A stretch of 63,631 nucleotides of DNA, the filler included, from Stramenopiles sp. TOSAG23-2 (taxonomy: Eukaryota): NCBI GenBank assembly GCA_900128395.1. It is 19 parts of 19 records of this genome, joined end to end, with 100 filler letters (N's around TTAATTAATTAA, not from the genome) between each part and the next. Parts side by side here need not be neighbours in the genome. Positions count along the whole stretch, not along the records: positions 43,443 to 46,946 come from LT651186.1; positions 47,047 to 50,544 come from LT651187.1; positions 50,645 to 54,140 come from LT651188.1; positions 54,241 to 57,734 come from LT651189.1; 15 more parts are not named here. The stretch is one strand, 5' to 3'. Both the position numbers and the translations under genes were made by a program. The notes under the pieces are model-generated. The model did no database searches. It was not told the DNA's origin and saw only the letters and a program-made list of their open reading frames with translations. Every line of letters begins with the position of its first letter. The first letter of the stretch is position 1. Positions 44,499-54,977 of the stretch are shown here, one piece after another.

Positions 44499-44681
44499 TG
44501 GTTTAAAATCTAAGTTATATAATAATTTTTCTTTCCGTGGAAAATACTACGTTCAAATACTCAATCTCAGGAATAATAAAATATGTAAATCCTCGCCTCA
44601 ATCTAAAAAAAGGATTTGCTCCTATACTATCAGATATTAATAAAGCTCTCATGCGCCGCCGCAAGCTAATACTCTATAAGC
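44499..44681. repeat. Dispersed 3'-flank repeat, module B copy (inverted relative to 27410-27780)
   Basis: Starts TGGTTTAAAATCTAAGTTA and ends with 39 bp identical to the reverse complement of 27428-27466. Lies between convergent genes. Confidence 0.88.
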
Positions 44682-44705
44682 TATAAATATATATATAAAT
44701 TCATC

Positions 44706-46937
44706 TCATTTCAAATTACCACTAGCTAACAATCGTCGAACTTGTAATCGTTGGACTTCACTTGCTGGACTTTCTGAATTTTCTGTCCATATTCTCGTAT
44801 TATGATATTTTTGTACATATTTCATTGCATCATCTGGTTGTAAATCATAAATAACTGCTAATAATAAAGATGCAACTGTACCTGCTCTACCATGGCCACC
44901 GTAACAATGCAAATATAATACTTCTTTATTATCAAATAATTCTTTCAATCGTTTAATTAAACTTATCATTGCTTCATCTGTCATTACCATACCATCAACT
45001 ACAGGTTGTCGTATAAATGTTGGTTCTTTATTTAATACTTTTGGATTACGATGTTTCCTCAATGCAGTTGATGGAGATAATGTTGTTGTTGTTGTATTAT
45101 CATTATTATCATCGTGTTCTTCCTCCGAAGTTGTATATACTTTTTTTAATAATGTTTGATACATTGGCTTAAATTTTAATGATTCATTTACTTGTTGCAT
45201 TGATACATATGTTGTGATACCACTTATATTGCGTAATAATTTCAACTCTTTGATTGCATTTTTTTTATTATATTTTAATGTTTGATTTAAATGTGTCCCA
45301 GGGGAACTACCAACCATAATACGCCCTCGTATTAACCAATTTGATGTATCTGTTGGTCCACGATACATTTTATTGATATATACATCATCACCTAAATTTG
45401 GTAAAGTTGGTAAATAACTATTCATACCTCTACCACTATCATCTGTAACTGAATTCGAACGGCCTTGTAATGATAAACTAGTATTATTATTATTGTTGTT
45501 GTTGTTATTACCTTTTTTTGAAAACGATAACATATCTGTATTTTTGTTTCCTTTCTTTTGATATTTTTTATTACCTTTTAAAGAATATAATGATTGTGAT
45601 TTTTTCAATGTAGATATATTCTCTTTATATGAATCTTCAAATTTTTTAGCATTTTCCATACGTATTTTTGCAACTCGTGCTTTTGCTAATTTTATACGCA
45701 TAGGTGTTTGTATTTTTACCGCAGCACGTTCCCTTGCTTTAATTGCTAAACGACGTGCTTGTGTTTTTAACATAACAATTTGAGTAAAACTAAGTGTCGA
45801 TATGGCTTGATTCATTTCATCATCATTTACTGCATTATCAATAATAGAGGTATCCCGTGGTTTTAATGGTGTTAATTTCACAATGTCATGTAACCAATTA
45901 TGATTTAATGCTTGCTCTGCTGTTAATCGTTTCATAGGATCAGGATTTAATATTCCTTTCATAAATGATGATAATTCATTTGAAAAACCAGTTGTTAAAT
46001 CAATATCATTTAATGGATCTGCATTTGCAATTAAACGTAATGTTTCCACTCGATTTTCATTAAAATATGGAACAACACCACGTAATAATTTAAACAAGAC
46101 TACACCAAATGCCCATATATCAATTGGTTTACCATGAAAACTAATTGTTTTTTTTCGTTTTTTACGTCCTTTTTTTAACGTATTATTGCCATCTACTTGT
46201 TGTTTACCATATTTGTTTTTCACAATTTCAGGTGCAAAATATAAATGTGTTCCCATTGCTTTACGTAATTTATCTTGTTTGCTTTTTTTTTCCTTCTTCT
46301 TTTCATTGTCGGACTTTGTCTCTTTTTCTTCTTCTTCTTCTTCTTCTTCGTTTTGCTTTTGTTCCCATATATGTGACATACCAAAATCTACTAATGCTAC
46401 TCTACTACCATCTTTTAATTTTAATATATTTTCTGTTTTTAAATCACGATGGACAACATTATTATCATGGCAATAACGCAATGCTTCTAATATTTGTTTA
46501 CTCCAAATTTTTGCTTGTTTTTCTGGTATTGTTGATGTTGGTACATTACTATCGCCTAAATCACCACCATCAAAATATTCCATAGCTAAATATAATAAAT
46601 TATGTTTTGTATCATCTATTACTTCATATAAACGTGCAATATTTTCATGTTTTAAACGTTTCAATACTGCAACTTCACGTTTAAATCCATCGGATCGATA
46701 CGATGCTTCAAAATTATGAGACATTTTTGTTAATAATTTTTTATTGACGACTTTCATTGCTATTAATCGTGAACGATCTATATCTTCACAAACAAATACC
46801 TTTGCAGATGTACCTGTGCCAATTGGAAAATTAGACATCCAACGGTATTGATTTACAATTTTCGTTTCTGTTGGTTTAGGTGTATGTATAATTTGTAATG
46901 ATTCTTTTATAATAGAACCATCCAATGAACTTTTACG
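44706..46937 (-). CDS. CAMKK-like Ser/Thr kinase fused to an IQ-like motif and a CX5R dual-specificity phosphatase domain, 5' partial
   Basis: Kinase GTGTSAKV, AMK, HRDLKTEN, DFG, APE, DIWAFG. IQ-like AAVKIQTPMRIKLAK. Phosphatase GPTDTSNWL, PVVD, LYLHCYGGHGRAGT, SP...Q..QV. Confidence 0.9.
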   Translation of the reverse strand, partial: RKSSLDGSIIKESLQIIHTPKPTETKIVNQYRWMSNFPIGTGTSAKVFVCEDIDRSRLIAMKVVNKKLLTKMSHNFEASYRSDGFKREVAVLKRLKHENIARLYEVIDDTKHNLLYLAMEYFDGGDLGDSNVPTSTIPEKQAKIWSKQILEALRYCHDNNVVHRDLKTENILKLKDGSRVALVDFGMSHIWEQKQNEEEEEEEEKETKSDNEKKKEKKSKQDKLRKAMGTHLYFAPEIVKNKYGKQQVDGNNTLKKGRKKRKKTISFHGKPIDIWAFGVVLFKLLRGVVPYFNENRVETLRLIANADPLNDIDLTTGFSNELSSFMKGILNPDPMKRLTAEQALNHNWLHDIVKLTPLKPRDTSIIDNAVNDDEMNQAISTLSFTQIVMLKTQARRLAIKARERAAVKIQTPMRIKLAKARVAKIRMENAKKFEDSYKENISTLKKSQSLYSLKGNKKYQKKGNKNTDMLSFSKKGNNNNNNNNNTSLSLQGRSNSVTDDSGRGMNSYLPTLPNLGDDVYINKMYRGPTDTSNWLIRGRIMVGSSPGTHLNQTLKYNKKNAIKELKLLRNISGITTYVSMQQVNESLKFKPMYQTLLKKVYTTSEEEHDDNNDNTTTTTLSPSTALRKHRNPKVLNKEPTFIRQPVVDGMVMTDEAMISLIKRLKELFDNKEVLYLHCYGGHGRAGTVASLLLAVIYDLQPDDAMKYVQKYHNTRIWTENSESPASEVQRLQVRRLLASGNLK

Positions 46938-47250
46938 AGCTTAGTGNNNNNNNNNNNNNNNNNNNNNNNNNNNNNNNNNNNNNNNNNNNNTTAATTAATT
47001 AANNNNNNNNNNNNNNNNNNNNNNNNNNNNNNNNNNNNNNNNNNNNTGAAGAGTAGGAATTATCATGAGTAAATTAAAAATAAATTATGCGTAAATTAAA
47101 TTATTTAAAATATTATGATATAAGAGAATTTTTAATTTTAATAAAATCTATCTCACAAAATGTGTCCAATAACTCCCGTACAGGAATTAACGATGAGGTA
47201 TTTATGTATATATATACACACACACACACTTTCGTAACGAATATATCCTC

Positions 47251-49104
47251 TTATTTGGAAGCTAATTGATATAAAATAGCACCTGTGCATACAACCGCTA
47301 AAGTAACGCCTAGGATTAAAACAATTGTTGCAAAAAAACCAGTCCACGTTGTGCATGGCCCTTCTTTAGTAATTTTCATGTAAAACACCGTTGGAAGAAT
47401 ATAAACCATTAAGCATCCTGTAATTGAACCAGTCAAACCAAATGCTGTTTTAATCTGCGGTACTAAGTATGAGATGACAAAACATGCGCCGATAATAAAA
47501 AACGTTTCTGCACGGAAATAGAAAGATCCACTGTAATTTTTTAATCCTTTAGGCAATGCGTCCTTTAAAAGTACATGGAAGCACATTCTACTTGGAAACA
47601 AAATTAATGGATAGGAAACAACTAAACAAAGCACCATAGCGATTCTCGCACAGTTAAAAAGTAAAGTGTTTGTCCATGTTAAATCAATGTAATTTAACAA
47701 AATATCATCTTCAACAATGCTACCAAAACGCATATATCCACAAATTCCCATGATCACATAAAAAACGGTTGAAAGCCCGGAACTTGAGCATACCATACTG
47801 CGTACACGGGATCTTGTAGGATTTTCAAGCTCCTCCACTGTCGCATGAATGTTTGGATGGTTTAAATAGGCCAAGCATACAATAGGTAAAGCGAAAAAAA
47901 TACTTGCATTGAATACGAAATATTTCGCACCGCCAGGTTGAGTAGGTAGCGCGATGTCGCCTGTTGATAATTTACGTAACGCATCTTGCGTCACTAATGT
48001 CACAACAAAAAGTACCGACATTAAACCCAATATACTAGCAAATGCTAATGAACGCATATTTTTTTTTAAGCTTAATGGAATCATTGGAAAAATTAAAAAC
48101 ATGGCAACAATTATATTCCGATTTGCCCAAAACGGCAAACCAATACCAGATGCGCATTGCGAAGTAATTTTGGTAGGCATGATTGGGGTAGATCCATTTC
48201 CAGGTCCAAACGGGCTTGGTGGATTGATCGGGTGAGACCCATTCTTCCCAACAAACGCCATCCATAAAGTATCGTACATGCTATTCATACTGCTATGATT
48301 ATGATGATGACTAGCATCTGACGGCATTACATCATTATGGGATGGCGTTCCGTGATGGTTGCCACCAACAGTGGATGGCGGTGCATCGATTACCATTGTT
48401 ACTAAAAATTGACAGGAAAGGCTCCCAATAATAATCAAATACACTGTCATTGCACCAAATGTCAATAAAAACATCGCTAGCTGAACTAATTTCGTACCAC
48501 GATGGCCATACGCTCTCTCTGCCGTTGTCAAATAGCTGCCACAACCTTCTTCTAGTTGTGCAAGTTTTGCTAATAAATGTAACGTAAAACCAGACATGGA
48601 AGCGATTGTTAATAATAAAACAGTGCCTAATACAATACCGCTTGATTTGTAAAAAAATGGCAAGGACAACGTGCCTGCGCCAACACTTGTGTTTGATAAA
48701 TTAAACACACTCTTAACCCATGGCAATGCTTTTGCATCTTCATCTTCCTCATCGTCTAGTAGTTCATCCTTTATTTCCCGTTGCATTCGCGGGGACACGT
48801 CGTTTATATTTGGCAAATCTGCTATATCGATATCAGAACCACCCATACTGAATTGATCGTCATTAACAGACATATTTCTGGGCCGTAATATAGCGGTAAA
48901 TGGATCATCTGTTGGCACTGTCTTTCTCCTATCGGCACCTCCAGCCAATTGATGGTAATATCTACTTCGAAAATCTCCCCTTGGGCTTGCTTTATTTCGT
49001 AATAACCTATCTGGCGATAATAATGGGTCCGCAGGTGCAAAAACACGATTATTCGAGTGTCGACTATTATAGTTACTTATATCATTGGAATGAAATCTTG
49101 ACAT
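47251..49104 (-). CDS. Amino acid transporter (AAAP/SLC38, Aa_trans family)
   Basis: SVFNLSNTSVGAGTLSLPF, YLIIIG, PIVCLAYLNHPN, GYMRFG, VSYPLILFPSR, GLTGS, YILPT. Likely start MSRFHS at 49104. Confidence 0.92.
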   Translation of the reverse strand: MSRFHSNDISNYNSRHSNNRVFAPADPLLSPDRLLRNKASPRGDFRSRYYHQLAGGADRRKTVPTDDPFTAILRPRNMSVNDDQFSMGGSDIDIADLPNINDVSPRMQREIKDELLDDEEDEDAKALPWVKSVFNLSNTSVGAGTLSLPFFYKSSGIVLGTVLLLTIASMSGFTLHLLAKLAQLEEGCGSYLTTAERAYGHRGTKLVQLAMFLLTFGAMTVYLIIIGSLSCQFLVTMVIDAPPSTVGGNHHGTPSHNDVMPSDASHHHNHSSMNSMYDTLWMAFVGKNGSHPINPPSPFGPGNGSTPIMPTKITSQCASGIGLPFWANRNIIVAMFLIFPMIPLSLKKNMRSLAFASILGLMSVLFVVTLVTQDALRKLSTGDIALPTQPGGAKYFVFNASIFFALPIVCLAYLNHPNIHATVEELENPTRSRVRSMVCSSSGLSTVFYVIMGICGYMRFGSIVEDDILLNYIDLTWTNTLLFNCARIAMVLCLVVSYPLILFPSRMCFHVLLKDALPKGLKNYSGSFYFRAETFFIIGACFVISYLVPQIKTAFGLTGSITGCLMVYILPTVFYMKITKEGPCTTWTGFFATIVLILGVTLAVVCTGAILYQLASK

Positions 49105-49549
49105 TATATATTCACTTATTAATATGTTTGTATATGGACACACATACACGCACGCAATTCTGTCTGTAAGTATGTATATGTAATACATAAAAGAATGAAA
49201 GGGAAATTGAAGGGGGGGGGGGGGGGGAATAAGGAAGATATATAATAATATATTTAAATAAATGAAGTTTAAGTTGCATGCCAGCATGCAAATCATTATA
49301 AATAATAATTTCAATAATACCTGGTATAAATAATAAAAAAGATATTATAGCAGCTAATCCAGTTATACCTGGTGGTAGGAATATTAAAATATTAACGTGT
49401 AATAAATATTAATATTATTGTAGACGACTCTATTCGATCTATACCTGGTACTCTCGAAACATCTCGGGCCATTTCGCCTATGAAAGTTAAGTCTAACTTT
49501 CTGTAGTCTTATCTTTACTATAGACATAGCAAAGAAAAGACAGCCGAAG

Positions 49550-50109
49550 GCCCTCGAATGAAACTCAGAATTTGGTTGACAGGTCCAGGAGGCCAAAAAA
49601 TATCATACAATACTATTACCATGCTATTTGAAAATGGTACATCTACACATACATTTGTATAAAAAATGTATTTGAACAATATTTATATCAATACAACGAA
49701 TCGAATATCATATTTACACACCTATCAATATGTTTTAGAATGTTTTAATGTTTGAATTGTATATAGCACCTTCTTTGTAAAGCTAAAAGTAGCATACGCA
49801 ATATACGTGATATATGATGCTATTCTGATCCTAATATCATAGTGCTATTTAGTTGCTAATTTGATTGTCAAAGCGAGTCATGTTTAATAAATATGTATAT
49901 AAATTAAAACAAAATAATGATTCAAGGATGTTTGCATGTATGTAAATATGATATTTGATTCGTTGTATTGATATAAATATTGTTCAAATACATTTTTTAT
50001 ACAAATGTATGTGTAGATGTACCATTTTCAAATAGCATGGTAATAGTATTGTATGATATTTTTTGGCCTCCTGGACCTGTCAACCAAATTCTGAGTTTCA
50101 TTCGAGGGC
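49550..50109. mobile_element. 560-bp foldback/MITE-like element with 169-bp terminal inverted repeats
   Basis: Arms 49550-49718 and 49941-50109 are reverse complements with one mismatch seen, around a 222-bp non-coding core. No clear TSD. Confidence 0.8.
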
Positions 50110-50687
50110 TGTGACCAGCCTTCACCAAATTTTATATTTGTTAGTAGTGCTGATCTTATACTAACAAGTATAAGAAAGTGGGAACAGTCCGAGATGTTTC
50201 GAGAGTTTCAAATAGGTAAATATAATATAATAGTAAGCTTTATATAATAAAGTTTGTCATCATGAGTAAAACTTTTTTTATGCATGCCCGCATGCACTTC
50301 TTGATAATACGTGCTGCCTTAATATACAGTAATATTATACCCCAGGCCCCAGGTATAATACTACTTGCATCTTAATAATAATCTTCTTATACTAATATAA
50401 ATAATATAATATTGAATACCTCTGTATAAATATATATACATGTATATTTATTACACTGTAGACTTTTGGTGTAGCCAATATATACGTCGTACCTGTTTTA
50501 TCTATTGCCGTGCGTTATAAATTTCTTTCATTATCTTGGTAGTTNNNNNNNNNNNNNNNNNNNNNNNNNNNNNNNNNNNNNNNNNNNNTTAATTAATTAA
50601 NNNNNNNNNNNNNNNNNNNNNNNNNNNNNNNNNNNNNNNNNNNNGAATCTGAAGATACAGCGGAAGTTTTCATTTTGAAAAATCCAT

Positions 50688-51353
50688 TTCCAATATTTAA
50701 TTCCATCTTTTGATCCTGGCATGGTTATTCATACTTTTAATGGCGCACGAGCAAAAAATTCCACCGGCGATTGGATCATTGGTCCAGTTGAACATACTCC
50801 GCACTTTATCAATGCAGCTTCAATTGATTCACCTGGTATTGCTGCATCGCCTGCTATCGCAATTGATGTGGTTAAAATGTTATCTGAAGCTGGTGCAAAT
50901 GTCAATACTCCAAATCCAACATTCAATCCAAACAGATCACCGATTATTCAAGTAAAGAATGGTTTTAAAGGTTTAAAGATGTCAAAAGATGATTTTTGGA
51001 AAGAGAAAGATCCTAAAAAAAATGTTATTTGTAAATGTGAACGTGTAACTGAAGCTGAAATTATTGAAGCATGTAGACGATCTTTACCAGTTGATTCAAC
51101 GCAAGCAATGAGAAAACGAACAAGAGCAGGTATGGGACATTGCCAAGGTGATCCAAATAACTATGATTGTGAAAGTCGAGTAGCTGCAATTATGGCAAGA
51201 GAATTGGGATGTGACATTAAGGACATTGGTAGACGACCATGGCCGGCATCTTCTATGTTACCAAATCGTTGGATAAATGATGATGTAAGAGAAAATTTAC
51301 GGGAATTAGGAAATCCAAATAATAATTTTGTATTGGCAGGTGCAGCAAACTGA
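50688..51353 (+). CDS. FAD-dependent oxidoreductase C-terminus with BFD-like [2Fe-2S] domain (GlpA/LhgO-like), 5' partial
   Basis: FNGARA...DWIIG...FINAASIDSPGIAASPAIA; VICKCERVTEAEI...RTRAGMGHCQG...C. Confidence 0.87.
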   Translation, partial: FQYLIPSFDPGMVIHTFNGARAKNSTGDWIIGPVEHTPHFINAASIDSPGIAASPAIAIDVVKMLSEAGANVNTPNPTFNPNRSPIIQVKNGFKGLKMSKDDFWKEKDPKKNVICKCERVTEAEIIEACRRSLPVDSTQAMRKRTRAGMGHCQGDPNNYDCESRVAAIMARELGCDIKDIGRRPWPASSMLPNRWINDDVRENLRELGNPNNNFVLAGAAN

Positions 51354-51516
51354 AGAGGTGTGGAGAGAGCGTGTTAAAAATCGGATATTCTTAGTGTTAT
51401 ATAAAATTTAAAATATGCCCACACACATAATTGATAAAAATATTTTATTAAAATATACGAGTATACGTATTTTTTTTTATAAAAAAAAAATGTGCGCGTG
51501 TGAAAAAAAACTTTTC

Positions 51517-51909
51517 TTAACCAGTAAAAAACCCAACAACACCACTGGCAGCACCAGCTGCAGCACTACCAACACGCTGGTACCATTTCTTTTTCTTTTT
51601 CTTCTCATCATCATCAAGAAGCCCTTGCTCTTCATCGTCGGAGGATATTTCAGCTAATTGTTCTGGTGTTAAATCATCAAAATTATCTTTGTCTCGCATA
51701 TCTTCTTCATCTTCTGATGTTGTATAATCACCCAATGAAGTATCATCTGATTCCGTGCTCGATTCACTATCTATATCAGCAATAACACCCATTTCTTGGG
51801 CATCGGTCAATTTTTCATACAATACACGATCATTGTAATACAATGCATCAGGATCTTCAGCAAAACATACGTAAATGCTTAAAACTGCACTTTCAATGAC
51901 ATTAAACAC
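51517..51909 (-). CDS. Choline transporter-like (CTL/SLC44/PNS1) C-terminal fragment
   Basis: VIESAVLSIYVCFAEDP..L...D..LY matches the CTL last-helix motif; acidic tail; upstream part missing. Confidence 0.7.
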   Translation of the reverse strand: MFNVIESAVLSIYVCFAEDPDALYYNDRVLYEKLTDAQEMGVIADIDSESSTESDDTSLGDYTTSEDEEDMRDKDNFDDLTPEQLAEISSDDEEQGLLDDDEKKKKKKWYQRVGSAAAGAASGVVGFFTG

Positions 51910-53651
51910 TTCATGAATATTTCTAATTTTATAAATGAAACAAATTTCAAATTGACTTTTGAAACAATTTAATGTAAAACTTATTTCTTTTTTATCTGCT
52001 ATTTTAATGCTTCGAATTGTTGTGACAATATAAAGAAGGACATGTCAATGCACATTTATTATATATATATATATATGAATGTGCATGTGAGTTGAGGTAC
52101 GGAAGGTCTTATGTGTGTTTATGTTATTGATATCCTTATATTATAGTACAGGCCACAGGTACCAAGCCCGGCAAATAGTGCGATTTAAAAAAATGTTGGT
52201 TTTATATTTTTAACATAGAAATAGCATCAGCACTGGAAATATAGGTTAAGGCTAGAGATAATGACCAGCGCGATTTAGCATTGCATAGACATATCATTGT
52301 ACATCATATATATACGCTATGCTTGAAGAAAAAATTTCTAGTACTATACTCGCTCCGCTCCTCGATCCTGTCTAATTAAAACGATACACTATTGATTTTT
52401 TAAAATAGCATTTGTATAGCATTGTATTCGAAGATAATATACACATAGCATTATCACCAGAGCGAGTATACACGATTGTGTCGGGTATCTATCTAATCAT
52501 GTATCTCTCATATTCCTTACATATAACAAAACATATCTCTCAACATTTGTATATGTAAAATTGTGGCAATGGGCATCTACCAATTTCACCTCTATGTTTC
52601 CAAATTTCATTGACACGTAAATTATATATCGAAGCAAATTCATCTACTGCATCTTTCACACCAAATCTATAACCTGCTGGTTCATAGTTTCCAATGATAT
52701 AATATATAAAAACAGTGGAACAGATTTAAATCTATTTATATATGGAAATATATGAAAGTTTGTTTTGAAGACGAATGGTTTTCCTTTCAAGGATGACGAC
52801 GACGATGATGCAACAATATTCAATTCCATGTTCTTTGCTAAAAATGCATTAATTGAATGTAATACCAAAAATAAAATATAGAAAACAAAGACAAAAAATT
52901 CTGATGTTGCCATATAAGGCCCAATCGTCGGAGCAAATGTACCAGCACTCGTGTCGATGAAGAATTAGATGGTAAATATTTTGCATTAGCAGAAATGTTA
53001 AGAAGTATTGGTAAAGATATTGAAAAAATCAAAGATGAAGAAGGATTATCATGATGATCCTCACATGGCAGTGTGAGAATTTATATCACTATAACGAAGC
53101 GCGTACGAGGGCGTACTGTATTAAATGGAAGTGTGTGTATTATATATTATAATATATTTACATATATAGTCGTCTATAGTGGCCATAAATAAGACCATTT
53201 GGTTTTTGGCAAAACTTTTTGAAAATCCTTAAAATTAGGGGAATTACTTAAAATTTTATAAATACGTGTATATAATATATACTGTAGTTACCACAGGTAG
53301 TATGTTTTAGTTTATGTTGTTATTTTCAAATTGTGGTTTCAAAATTCTTGTGTCAACAATAAGTTATTATACCATTTTGCGTAATAAATTAAAATTGGTT
53401 AAATGGATAGATAGTAGATAGATAGACATATACATGTATAGATGTAGATACAGATAGAGAGAATAATATAGAAAGATACTNNTTTGTTAAGTTGTTTATA
53501 TTTGCAATTAAAATATGTTGCGTATTATAATAAATTAAAATTGGTTAAATGGATAGATAGTAGATAGATAGACATATACATGTATAGACGTAGATACAGA
53601 TAAAGAGAATAATATAGAAAGATACTACAGATAAAGAGAAAAACAAATAAT

Positions 53652-54140
53652 ATGAGCCATTCTCATTCTTCAAATAAATCATGTTGCTTGTCGAATGAAA
53701 ACCATGGACATTCTCATGAAAACCATGGACATTCTCATGGTACAACAAGTTCCACTTCCTCCTCCTGTAGTGGTAGTAATAATAAATTGTCCACTAATAC
53801 TAGTAGTTTGCGACAAAGATTATCACCAAGAAGATTGACGAAGAATAAATCTAACAAAGTTACACATAATCATGATCCAAATTGTGGACATTTGCCTTTA
53901 TTACACGTGTCTCCTGTTGGAAAGCTTCATTTAGGCTTTTTGCACAAAGACAATTCGATGGAATGTTTTGATGTATCAAACGCGTGTTGTTTAAGCAGTG
54001 CCATAGAAGAGAAATTTTCAAGTTTTTTTTCGAATAATAAGAGAAACATGGAAGCAAACAATAGTCACGATGAGACCTGTAATTGCAGTACAGACAACCC
54101 AAACCGCGAGTGTTCAAACACAGAACGTGTTTGTTTCCGC
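53652..54140 (+). CDS. His/Cys-rich N-terminus of a probable metal-binding or metal-transport protein, 3' partial
   Basis: SHSH, CC, (ENHGHSH)x2, HNHDPNCGH...H...H, ACC, HDETCNC. Confidence 0.65.
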
Positions 54141-54241
54141 NNNNNNNNNNNNNNNNNNNNNNNNNNNNNNNNNNNNNNNNNNNNTTAATTAATTAANNNN
54201 NNNNNNNNNNNNNNNNNNNNNNNNNNNNNNNNNNNNNNNNG

Positions 54242-54514
54242 GAAGAAGTTATTGTTGCCAATAAGAAATTAAGTATAGAAGAGCTAGAAAGTGAAATTGA
54301 TTCTGTGTTTGGTCAATTTGAAGGTTTAAAACGTTTAACAATGATCATGGGCATTGCAGATGCAATCCATATAGTTGAACGTGCCAATGTTATACAAAAT
54401 TCCATAATTGATAATAATTCAAATAAAAATGTTGAAACGATGAATAAAGATATTGAATTATTACGTAATGATGTGAATATATTGCAAAAATTAGTGACAG
54501 AATATACTAGTTGA
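54242..54514 (+). CDS. Coiled-coil C-terminal fragment of an unknown protein
   Basis: Frame is open from the contig start to TGA at 54512-54514. Confidence 0.6.
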   Translation, partial: EEVIVANKKLSIEELESEIDSVFGQFEGLKRLTMIMGIADAIHIVERANVIQNSIIDNNSNKNVETMNKDIELLRNDVNILQKLVTEYTS

Positions 54515-54977
54515 AAAGATGTACGCTCGTATTTGTATGTGTGATAAGATGAATATTTGTGGTGCACCGTAGATTGCAAAATGGAAAGAATCGAGGTGTG
54601 GAAAGGTATAAATCATGAGCATTTTTATTAAGCGTTTTAAAGTTATTTTCCATATCAATTTCATCCTACTCTCTAGTTTAGTAAAATTATCATAATATCA
54701 TGTATTTGCAGAGTACAGATTAAATATGATATGATTATGATTTTAAAAGACAATATCATTTTAATAAAATTAAAAATATAAAATAATTCTCTTATATAAA
54801 ATAAAAAAAATAATATATTATTTTACCACACAAAATTTATTTTATTTTTTACGCGTACAAAAAAGCTTCGTACGAATTTCATATTCTCTTACTACGCAGA
54901 CACGTTTCGTTCGTAAATGCACAGACGTGTTTTGTAAAATACATTTTTCTCCTTGTATCTCTTCAAATTCCAATGTT

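Noticed and set aside
49105-49314. 70-aa N-terminal extension of the amino acid transporter
   Set aside because: TTG start, AT-rich intron/UTR-like sequence with a poly-C run; the ATG at 49104 is more plausible.
52790-53076. Acidic coding-like stretch (DDDDDA...DEELDGKYFALAEML)
   Set aside because: Interrupted by stops, with no start and no recognisable motif; at most a decayed or chimeric fragment.
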